A DNA stretch of 64,000 bases from the NCBI GenBank assembly GCA_965235115.1, contig OZ249438.1, positions 25,668,001 through 25,732,000 of the forward strand. Reading direction: 5' to 3'. Every line of letters begins with the position of its first letter. The first letter of the stretch is position 1. Of the stretch, positions 14,151 through 24,869 are shown one piece after another. The position numbers were made by a program, and so were the translations under genes. Source of the stretch: Laetmonice hystrix. Its lineage: Eukaryota. Under the pieces are notes generated by a model. That model was not told the origin of the DNA. It made no database searches and worked only from the letters and a program-made list of their open reading frames with translations.

Positions 14151-15945
14151 AGACACCAGTCCCCCCCCCACCCCCCGACACCAGTCCCCCCCCCCCAACC
14201 CCCCGACACCAGTCCCCCCCCCCACCCCCCGACACCAGTCCCCCCCAACCCCCCGACACCAGTCCCCCCAACCCCCCGACACCAGTCCCCCCCCATCCGC
14301 CACTGGACCTCCGACACCAGTCCCCCCCGCCCCCATCCGTCACTGGACCCCCGACACCAGTCCCCCCCCCCCCCATCCGCCACTGGACCTCCGAGACCAG
14401 TCCCCCCCCGCCCCCATCCGTCACTGGACCCCCGACACCAGTCCCACCACCACCCCGCCCCCATCCGTCACTGGACCCCGACACCAGTCCCCCCCCCCCC
14501 GCCCCCATCCGTCACTGGACCCCCGACACCAGTCCCCCCCCCGCCCCCATCCGTCACTGGACGCCGACACCAGTCCCCCCCCCCCCCGCCCCCATCCGTC
14601 ACTGGACCCCCGACACCAGTCCCCCCCGCCCCCATCCGTCACTGGACCCCCGACACCAGTCCCCCCCCCCCGCCCCCATCCGTCACTGGACCCCCGACAC
14701 CAGTCCCCCCGCCCCCATCCGTCACTGGACCCCCGACACCATTCCCCCCCCGCCCCCATCCGTCACTGGACCCCCGACACCAGTCCCCCCCCCCGCCCCC
14801 ATCCGTCACTGGACCCCCGACACCAGTCCCCCCCGCCCCCATCCGTCACTGGGCCCCCGACACCAGTCCCCCCCCGCCCCCATCCGTCACTGGACCCCCG
14901 ACACCAGCCCCCCCCCCCCGCCCCCATCCGTCACTGGACCCCCGACACCAGCCCCCCCCCCCGCCCCCATCCGTCACTGGACGCCGACACCAGTCCCCCC
15001 CGCCCCCATCCGTCACTGGACCCCCGACACCAGTCCCCCCCGCCCCCATCCGTCACTGGGCCCCCGACACCAGTCCCCCCCGCCCCCATCCGTCACTGGA
15101 CCCCCGACACCAGCCCCCCCCCCCCGCCCCCATCCGTCACTGGACCCCCGACACCAGCCCCCCCCCCGCCCCCATCCGTCACTGGACGCCGACACCAGTC
15201 CCCCCCCCCGCCCCCATCCGTCACTGGACCCCCGACACCAGTCCCCCCCTCCCGCCCCCATCCGTCACTGGACCCCGACACCAGCCCCCCCTCCCGCATC
15301 CGTCACTGGACCCCCGACACCAGTCCCCCCCCGCCCCCATCCGTCACTGGACCCCCGACACCAGTCCCCCCCCCGCCCCCATCCGTCACTGGACCCCCGA
15401 CACCAGTCCCCCCCGCCCCCATCCGTCACTGGACGCCGACACCAGTCCCCCCCGCCCCCATCCGTCACTGGACCCCCGACACCAGTCCCCCCCCCCCGCC
15501 CCCATCCGTCACTGGACCCCCGACACCAGTCCCCCCCCGCCCCCATCCGTCACTGGACCCCCGACACCAGTCCCCCCACCTCCGCCCCCATCCGTCACTG
15601 GACCCCCGACACCAGTCCCCCCCGCCCCCATCCGTCACTGGACCCCCGACACCAGTCCCCCCCGCCCCCATCCGTCACTGGACCCCGACACCAGTCCCCC
15701 CCCCCCGCCCCCATCCGTCACTGGACCCCCGACACCAGTCCCCCCACCCCCTCCGCCATCCGTCACTGGACCCCGACACCAGTCCCCCCCCCCCGCCCCA
15801 ATCCGTCACTGGGCCCCAGACACCAGTCCCCCCCCCCCCCGCCCCCATCCGTCACTGGACCCGGACACCAGTTCCCCCCCCCCCCCCGCCCCCATCCGTC
15901 ACTGGACCCCCGACACCAGTCCCCCCCCCCCATCCCCCATCCGAC
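14151..15945. repeat. C-rich minisatellite (~40-bp unit with variable C runs; ~20-bp unit at the 5' end), about 1.8 kb
   Basis: Unit GACACCAGT-C(n)-G-CCCCCATCCGTCACTGGA-C(n), repeated about 40+ times. Confidence 0.98.
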
Positions 15946-16160
15946 AGCCCCTTACAGTATCCCGCCAGCCGTTTCTGGTGGCAGCTTCACAGGTATGCAT
16001 TCGGACGTGCCCTATTTAACAGATAAGTCGGGGGGACTCCCCATCTTCTGTCCAGAAGACGATCTGTCACAGGTCCACGCCCTTTAGTCCTGGGCAGGAA
16101 CGAGTGCATCTGTAAGGTTAACTCGTACCTGGTTACGAAAAAAGACATCTTGGGGTTTCA

Positions 16161-16277
16161 ATGGCTGCACTTGAATTTCTGAAAGGACGGTCTAAAGAGA
16201 AGAAACGGTTTAGCTTTTTCTCACTGTTGACGGTTAAGAGGCGACGTCGGCGGCAGAGACAGAGATTGTGGGAGGAG
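16161..16277 (+). CDS. Candidate alternative first coding exon of IP3K (MAALEFLKGRSKEKKRFSFFSLLTVKRRRRRQRQRLWEE)
   Basis: ATG with an in-frame upstream TAA (16119), 39 open codons, strong phase-0 donor GAG|GTAAGC. No homology evidence. Confidence 0.4.
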
Positions 16278-16773
16278 GTAAGCGATCTATGTTATAACAA
16301 CAATACCCGGTAAACACACTGGTGCTCATGTTGATCTCGTGATGGCCGGCCAGCCGGGGCAACAACCGTATCCCCAGCGGTAGGCAGTGTCAAACCACCC
16401 ACTCCGTACTGCGATCAAAACCCATAACTCTAAGATTGGCATTTCTCTGGTATGAGTAAGATGTTCTACTTATAGATAACAGTCAAAAGTGAGAAAAAAT
16501 AAGGTCAACGATTGGTAGAAATCGTGAAATGGAGCAAGGTTTTAGAGGGTCATACTCAGAATAGATAGATATTCGCAATCCAACCATGACTGAACGTTTA
16601 AATCGTTGTGGCCCTCGACTATACTATTGATACGAGGACCGACTGGTTTGACTATGGTTGAGCGGTGGCTACGTTTATTGTGTGAAGGTGTAAGTCACCT
16701 GAATATATGTCAGGCTTCCAAGTTTGACACTGCCTCCTGTATAGTGGTATCGGCAACGACAGGCAAATGTGTT

Positions 16774-17715
16774 TATTATCCCATCCCCCATCAAGGGGAT
16801 GGGATTTTGAAATTGTGTGGTTTCATCTTCTGTATTATTATCCCATCCCCCATCAAGGGGATGGGATTTTGAAATTGTGTGGTTTCATCTTCTGTATTAT
16901 TATCCCATCCCCCATCAAGGGGATGGGATTTTGAAATTGTGTGGTTTCATCTTTTGTATTATTATCCCATCCCCCATCAAGGGGATGGGATTTTGAAATT
17001 GTGTGGTTTCATCTTCTGTATTATTATTATTCCCGTAGTAGTTTTATATCTCATATCTCGCTCATTTTTCATGATATCAATACGAAACTTGGTAGGCATA
17101 TTGAGGACGCCAAAGAGAATCGCCAGTTTGAAGCATGACGCCATATGACGTCATTAAATATCTCATATGTCGCTCATTTCTCATGATATCAATACGAAAC
17201 TTGGTAGGCATATTGAGGACGCCAAAGAGAATCGCCAGTTTGAAGCATGACGCCATATGACGTCATTAAATATCTCATATGTCGCTCATTTCTCATGATA
17301 TCAATACGAAACTTGGTAGGCATATTGAGGACGCCAAAGAGAATCGCCAGTTTGAAGCATGACGTCATATGACGTCAGGTCATGACGCCATGACGTAAAT
17401 TGTGTTTCGTGCATTGAGGCCCATTTTCTTAGCTCCTATTGGAAATTTCAACAACGCCTCTTGCCAATATATATAATCAGGCAAATTTGATGTTCACAAA
17501 AAGCGGGGAACCCTGCTTTCAGTTGACACCAAGATTCATGATGTACAGCAGCGTGCTGTCTGACATCATAATGACATTATTGGCATCTATTAAAGCAAGG
17601 ATTATAACTTGTGATAGGTGCAAGATGGAGCCATGTTTCATGTTGAAAACGAGTAGAACGGAAACGCCCCAGGGGGATGGGATTCATAATGTGGCCATCG
17701 CCACATCCTATCTAG
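16774..17715 (+). mobile_element. Non-autonomous Helentron-associated element (HINE/DINE-1-like) with internal tandem repeats
   Basis: 5' subterminal IR ATCCCATCCCCC (16778) with an adjacent inverted partner, matching 3' GGGGGATGGGAT (17672-17683). Stem-loop ATGTGGC-catc-GCCACAT (17689-17706), end CTAG then TTT. Four 62-bp 5' units and three 112-bp internal units. Confidence 0.75.
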
Positions 17716-18035
17716 TTTCTATTTCATTTCAATTAGAAAAAAAGTAATTGTCTCAACCAAAGAAGACCACAAGAAGTGGACCACCTCGTTACATTAACAT
17801 AGGAGTGAGCACTATGTTAACTTAACGATCTGGTTATTAACCAGCCTTAGTGAGACGGGCCCTAGGTCTGTATAATGTCTTACACACAGATGGTAAGTGT
17901 AAAAGAAACGTGTAGGGAGAGGGTGGCTGGTGGGCGTGATTGAGCATCCCGGAAATGTGTGTCAGTCTGTGATGGCCCACTACCGGGTTCGGGATCAACT
18001 GTTGACAGCCTGCATCTTATTTTGAAGGAACTTAA

Positions 18036-18223
18036 GGGCCTGATCCACTAAGGCGTTTTCCCTTGCGACGGCCATTCGATTTTAGATTTAATGTTAGAAT
18101 TTCACTCTGAAATCTTTCCTGGCTGACCTTCCATCTTTTAATCTCAAAATCGCAGCAAAATATAAGGGTGATGTCAAAATCGCATGGACGTCGCATGGGA
18201 AATCGCCTTAGTGGATCAGGCCC
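18036..18223. mobile_element. Short MITE with TTAA target duplication
   Basis: TTAA|GGGCCTGATCCACTAAGGCG ... CGCCTTAGTGGATCAGGCCC|TTAA, a 20-bp perfect TIR. Confidence 0.85.
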
Positions 18224-19981
18224 TTAAGTTTTCAGCTAAATTAAAGATAGCTGGCCTAGGTTATTATGCATCCTGGAAGCGCAGGGGCTATCCCTTTTCG
18301 TTCCTCTGAAACAGAAGTGGATCGCGCCATGTTCAGGCGGGAACTGCCGTGAGACGTCAGCGTCACTGACGCCGAGATGGTGCTGAGTAGAAACAGGGGG
18401 AGTGCGTAACGTATGCCAACGCCCTGACGCCGTCACATGTCGATAGACTATAGCCTGACGACCTGGCTGGCAAGGGGGAGCTCCTCTAAATGGGGTTCCA
18501 TGCACCAGTCTCGGGTACTGACTTTCAAAGGTTACCTGTGTACTTTATTTATACTTCTACATTTATAATTTTCGACGTCATTCCTAACCGTCTCCAACTC
18601 TACTTTAGTCCCCACTCCGTAGAGTCGTTTAATCGAACCTTTGTTGCTATTTCTTTAATCAATTATCTTCAGATCTGGCGCATACTATAATGTCTGCCGC
18701 TCAGAACTCTTGAAGGAGGCTTCAGAATGATAGCAATATTGATTTGTCTACATTGATTCCTGCTTGCCGAGCTGAGAACGTCATTGTGCAGGACCCCATA
18801 CATTATAGGTAGTGTATCCATCAACCAGCCCTAAAATACAACTATCTGAAGTCGTAACCATAACCTTTATAAATACATCGGCATAAATCTGTCTGCTCGT
18901 GACCCAAGGACTGAGAACAACAAAATCTATACACTTCTAATGCGGCCCGAATTCCCGAAGGCAAGCAAAGACGGTGTTTTTTGATGGATGTAGTCTTGAA
19001 TCTCCCCGTGAGAAGATAAGAGATGTATTTTCTCAAGGGGACTCTGGGGAGCTGCCGCTCGCAGAGTGCAGAGTTTCACTTTGCGGACAGATAAGGGGCG
19101 CCAAGATCTTTTTCAAGCTCCTCTTCTGTATCCAACTGGTGCCGTTCATATCGATCCGAATGTGAACAGCAAGCTTGCCGATATAACTAACCACTGGGTT
19201 ACCCAGACAGTGCTCGTTTCTCAATTAGACGGGTAAAGACAGTATGACGTTTCAGTGTGAGTGTGGCGTCAAAGCTTTGAACACGGTTCAGGTATCAGTG
19301 ATGAGGATTTAACGTTAAGTTGGTAGAGAGACTCAGAGAGGCTGGTTCTATAGATCCATGGCCAGCCGATGGCGGGAGGCTCAAAGCGAAGAGTCCATGG
19401 GAGTGAGAGATTGTTTCTGATGTAGACTAAACGTCTTGTTTTAATAGATGGTAGAACGTATCCATATATCAGTCTGCAGGATGGATGAACGCTCAGACGA
19501 CGAGACAAGAATTTTTATCCCTAATTATGAAGAAATAGGTTGGCATGCATCAAGGAAAATAATGTCTTAACTGCGATGTTCTGTATTTCATCTTTCATCA
19601 CGCAATGTCGTCCCCAGTATGTTTGATATTGGATTACTGATTCGTATTAAGCTTTGACCTGATAGGTATTTACTATTAGAATTAGTATTTGGAATGAAAT
19701 ATATCCGGCCCAAGTCGGTTTCATAACCTATTCCGCTCAAGAAGAACCTATTGATATCACACTAAAAATATGATTTAGCTGTTTCAAATAATGCACGTAA
19801 TATTATTTACTGTGTGGCCTAGTTGTAGCTGTGCCTACAATTCATCTTTGGGTAATTGATGTGGGGAACTATGTTCTGTGCGGATGTACACAACAGCGCG
19901 GGCCAACACGGCGTTCAAAGGAATACACTGGTCCTTTAAACTGATGGAAGATTAAATCAGCATACCCCAGAAGGCAATATA

Positions 19982-20392
19982 AACACCTTAACAAAGCTAA
20001 GTTTCCCCTAAATAATTGGTCATATTTTCCAAAGTATCCACCACAATGCGATGTTAATTGCAGGATATGATATGACCTCTATGGTCATAAGGTACAATGT
20101 GTGAAAAGGATAATGGTGGCATCGTTCAGTGTACTCGGTTGTAGTGCATGACCCACACTAGGAGTGAAATTCACTGTTGAGGCCTTGGTGAACCATTTTG
20201 TTATTTTTTATTTTTTGAAACGCGTCATTTTTCATGTAATTGATGTTCATTCATGCGTAACAATAGGTATGGCCCTGTCCTTTTCTACCTATGACCATAG
20301 AGGTCATATCCTGCAATTAACATCGCATTGTGGTGGATACTTTGGAAAATATTACCAATCATTTAGGGGAAACTTACTTTTCTTGAGGTGTT
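19982..20392. mobile_element. Fold-back MITE with ~120-bp imperfect TIRs
   Basis: AACACC...TTTTCCAAAGTATCCACCACAATGCGATGTTAATTGCAGGATATGA is mirrored at about 20290-20392. Confidence 0.8.
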
Positions 20393-23300
20393 ATGTATAA
20401 ATTCATATATGCCGTAGAGTAAATGGACGTCGATTTTGTGTAGATAAAGGATAGTGGATTGACATTAGATAACGTCGGTATGTTCATACCAGATAAACCA
20501 CACACACACAGTATGCCTCTGTATAGAGTCGGGTGACTCGATTCTGGGGCAGAGTACTAATTAGACCAGGAGTAGCACAGCGTGGGGCTAAAGTTGTATG
20601 ATTTTTTTTGAGTGGACTATAAAGACTCCAACTCCACTGTGCACGGGCATCAGGCGTAACCCAGTTCACTTTCAGAATGTCAGGAAAGAGACTGATGAAT
20701 TGCTTTGATCTAATATAGTAAAATCGTGTGATGAAATGCTGTATCACTTCTACCTGAAAAAAACCATGAACCTCAAAGTCACATGGAACAGTCTTTGTCA
20801 TGGCCACAATTAGCAAAGGTGTATGATACTAGTATGGCAATGAATCGGTGCGGATAAATATCTACAATAAAGCACGGCAGGGAACTTTTTGTGTTTGCTT
20901 GTCATTGACAAATTTGCGTGAGGATAGAACTGCCAGACATGGGCATACAAACTACATAGATTATTCTCGATAAAGTTCAGATGATTCGTTAGAGGAGACT
21001 GAACCTATCTCTGTGTTTATAGTTCAGAAATCAACGGGGCTTATTATCTTGATGAGGATACTCCAAGCATATTCGGACTGGGATGTCGTACCACAGCAAT
21101 TAATGACCCAGTTTCTATGGGGAGGGCCTGTCGGAGACATGGTACTGGAAGGATCCAAAATCATTTGTCGCACAGATGGTTCTCCATTCCGACACTTGAC
21201 CTCTTCCCCACACTAGTTATCGCCCCATTCATCGTCTTTTAGGAGAAGCCAGGGGTAGTGCTTCGGATTATTTTTACCGGTGATCCCAAAGGGGGCCTAC
21301 ATGTTGGACCACTAGCCAGAGTTGCTGGTGATCGCCTAACGTGCGGCTTGATTTTCTCACCATTACTTGATGTGCTGCTGGTTATACTCTCAGTCGCCTG
21401 CAACTATCGGATCCAAGCCCTTCTTCATTACGTCGTATTAAATCAATCTTCATGAGGTGAACACGACAAATCTGGGATTAGAAGCATTAGGTGATGGCGT
21501 GATTGGATTATCCTGTAAATCTATAAATATAGTGTTGCAGTTGGTGAGACTATAATCATTGTTAAAATGTTTTGATAGGGTGTTCAATGTCTATATTTGG
21601 TTTATACCATACGAATATTAAGGCTTATATTCAACTATACCCAAATCAGATCCATATTTTTAACCGTGCTTCGTTTCGGTATGGATCAAATATTTTGATC
21701 TTCTTAAGATTCTGTTGGCGACAATGTTGGCACTTGATTGGCCTATGCTAAAGGCTTCAGAGAGCCGAGAAACCTTGAAAGTCTTAAATGGGTCTGTGAG
21801 ACCTGACGGCTGTGTCTGTTAGACCAGGTGAGAGGCGCCAAGTTGGGGTGAGGGATCTCCTGCCGTCCTTATGGTGGTCAGTATACGGCTAAGTGGAAGT
21901 AAAGGGCCCCACGTGTGACACTTGGTTTGTTTGTATTGTGTTCTATGAGAGAAGTCAATCGGCATTTGTTGCGGTCCTTCATCCTGAATACGACACGAAC
22001 AGTACAGACTATGTGCAGGCGGGTCTCTGTTTGCAGACAGACTGAGCGTCGATCTGTCAGCCAGCTCAGTGCTGACGGAGAGGCTGAGGAGGGATTCCAT
22101 CCGCGCCATGGGATTTGAGAAAAAGTATGATGACTGTGAAGACCAGCGACATCAGCATGTTGCTGGAGAAGGAACTGGAGAAGAGAGAGCAGCTCTAAAA
22201 TAATAATAGCTGTTGTCTTCACTCGCTAGGGCAGTGAAAGAAAAGCCGGCCTGGCAGGTGTTGGGTGTGGGATCATGTGTTCCCCCAGCTGCCGGATTGC
22301 CGAGGAAGTGATAGAGTGCTGACTGCTTCATGCAGGAGATCGAGCTGAGAGTTGTCACCTGAGCACTCTCTGACCTGAGCACCAGCCGGACTCCGGCGGG
22401 GCGGAGGTTGTTCTCTGCCCAGTGCCCACATACACGGTTCTGTCCGCCCAGGTTTGAGAGCACTGATAAAACAGCCAGTGAAATATTTCAGGCCACATGT
22501 CACCGCGTGCCCTTCCAGGGTCGATGTATTCCAAGGAGCTTCTGTGATTCCAAGCGACACCTGGCTCGTTCATGTCTGATTGCAGGTTTTCTTGTGACAA
22601 TTTTTGTATCTTGAACCGACTTATTGGTAGAAGAACTAAGCTGACGTAATTACTTGTCCGGTGACTAGGGGAATTTCCAATGTCGGTGTAACCTGTAGGC
22701 TATGTGCCATCACGGTATGATAATGTCTGAGGTGAGCCGGGTTGTTAAAGCTGTGAAAATTGCGCCTGGCAGGACGCTATAATAGCTGTAGCCTTCAGTG
22801 TAGGTATCTTGGCTGCCCGCGCTTGGCAACACTACACACTTCATCGCTGTTGACAACGGGATGTGTTATACCCTTGACGCACGCCAATACCTCTCGGTGC
22901 GTGGCTTCATGGCGTGAGGGAGGGAGGGTGTGCCTTCTGAAACATGCTGCCACATGATCCTGCAGCGCGCCACCGGATCCGCGCTCCATGCCCAGGCTAG
23001 TGGTGGTTGACTGTTACATGTTCAAAGGGCACTGGTCAAACATATACGGTTAGAATAAACAGCCAGAGCCTGCATAATACGGGGTGTTTGCTCCTCGAAC
23101 CTGAACGGCCCGTACATCTACTGCCTGGAGAGACCCACTGGCAGCTAGGTTTGTAAGTGCTGTACAAAGGACACGTGTCGCCAGCAAAGGCAGGCCTGTA
23201 TCTGGGAAGGTTGGCCAGAGAAGGGCAATCGGAGGAACTGGATCCAATCTCCACTGCCGCCCCCGCTGAGCCCACCAAGCTTGGCACCCGACGGCGGGCA

Positions 23301-23501
23301 GGCGGGCAGGCGAGCAGGCACTGCCGACTGGCGGCGAGTGCCATGGGGGATAGCTGTACACTTCAGACACTTGTTGTTGCATATTGGATGTGTGTGCGTG
23401 GGATTGATACTACCGCGGACACAGCCCAAAACTGGGCCAGCTAGAGAGAAACAGAGAGAGAGGGAGAGAGGAGACTGCTTCTCCCTAACATCGTGCCGCA
23501 T

Positions 23502-23588
23502 ATGGATGAGTGGCCGACTGGCAGCGCGGAAGTCGTCCAGCAGTCGAGGCAGGCACCACCACAGTCACCATCAACATCCAAGGCAATG
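23502..23588 (+). CDS. Candidate alternative first coding exon of IP3K (MDEWPTGSAEVVQQSRQAPPQSPSTSKAM)
   Basis: ATG with an in-frame upstream TAG (23442), 29 codons, phase-0 donor ATG|GTGAGA, in a GC-rich region. No homology evidence. Confidence 0.3.
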
Positions 23589-24128
23589 GTGAGACAGTCA
23601 CGCTGCTCCCGGATCTAATCTGGGCGATATCAACACAGCATTCCAGGAGCTTATCATTAGGCTCACAGTGGCGGCTGATCCGGACTCTGTATGGGATGTA
23701 GGGGAGACTGTATTGCGAGTAGGCGCAGAGCTGATGGTGACGTTGACCCATACCTCCAGGTGAAGTGACTGACCTCTGTGTGCGCCGGGCCGGACCTTGT
23801 AAATGTATAAGGATCGGAGCGGTCTGCAGCCGGATTCTGACTTGTGATGCTTGTACTCAGGGTGGGACCCAGGTACTACTACCCCGCATCATTCATTCTC
23901 TGGTGAGCTGTTGCCCCGTGTTTTTGCTGTGGCGGTCACTCGGGACAACCAGCAGTGCCTGAGGCGGACAGTCAACCCACCTGGACTGGCCCAAGGTTGG
24001 CTATCCTCACACAGCATCAGAACACGTTGTCCCCTTGACCACGTTCAGCAGAACTAACGTTACCTACTGTTGTATGTAGCACGCACACCTATACGAACTG
24101 AGGGTCCGTACATAGGAAAGCAGCAGCC

Positions 24129-24395
24129 ATGGAGGAGGAGGAGCCGAGGGTGACGCCTCAGAACGACGCCGCCGGCGCTCCAGGCTCCCCGACCACACCG
24201 ACAACCCCTATGTGTAAGGAACGCCTCCGTAGGTTGTCTTCGAACGGAGAACCCGGACCGCCGGCCCTCCAGAGCCATCTCAGCCGGGAGGACAGCGGCT
24301 GCTGCGAGTGTGACTGCGACGCCTGCCTCCTCGGCTTCGACGACACTCGACCCGGCGAGGATCTCTATGAGGAATCGTCGACGAAAAAATCGGCG
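24129..24395 (+). CDS. ITPK: Probable first coding exon of IP3 3-kinase (low-complexity N-terminus, MEEEEPRVTP...SSTKKSA, 89 aa)
   Basis: ATG in strong Kozak context (gcagccATGG) with an in-frame upstream TGA at 24099. The 267 nt end at a phase-0 donor GCG|GTACGT, compatible with the phase-0 acceptor at 58565. The link to IP3K is inferred from phase and strand, not from homology. Confidence 0.65.
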
Positions 24396-24643
24396 GTACG
24401 TCCCAGATATATTACTATAGCTGCAGGCCTCGTACTGAGGATCGAAAGTAGGATACTCGGATCTGTTTAGTCTTCACATGAATAATATGACGGCCCAGGT
24501 CGGGAGTACTACGAGGTAGGGAGGACCAGCCTCCAAACACAGATATTATATTTGTAGTGCACATCCAGAGAGAAGTCAATTTGGACCCCCTTTTTGGGCA
24601 ATAAAAAAAGTTGGCCCTCTTTTTCAAGACACCCCCCCCCCCC

Positions 24644-24869
24644 CACCTGGCGGATCCAGGGCGGTGTTTCAATAAGGGCGTCGGACCGTCAGACTGGCGA
24701 CGGACAGTCCCCGGTAGGACGGTCCGACGCCTTTATGAAACACCCCCGAGGATGTTGGTAAGGCGGAGGTTTAGGTTTAGCATGGTCATTTCAGAACGTT
24801 ATATGGGGGAAAAAGAAAATTGGTTGAGAAGGGATCCTAACCCCCCCCCCCCCCCTGAATCCGCCACTG
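24644..24869. mobile_element. CAGTGGCGGATCC-type MITE, apparently within another degenerate MITE
   Basis: Ends (C)ACCTGGCGGATCCAGG ... CCTGAATCCGCCACTG, poly-C flanks, and a second CCCCGGATCCG just downstream. Confidence 0.55.

Noticed and set aside
14035-16026. 663-aa proline-rich ORF (extensin/mucin-like) and the many Gly-rich ORFs on the opposite strand
   Set aside because: The + strand repeat unit has no TAA/TAG/TGA in any frame, so a long ORF is automatic. The frame drifts with C-run length, which a real coding repeat would not tolerate.
22037-22200. Coding-like stretch (DRLSVDLSASSVLTERLRRDSIRAMGFEKK... or MMTVKTSDISMLLEKELEKREQL*)
   Set aside because: Both frames hit stops without a usable donor, and there is no recognisable homology.
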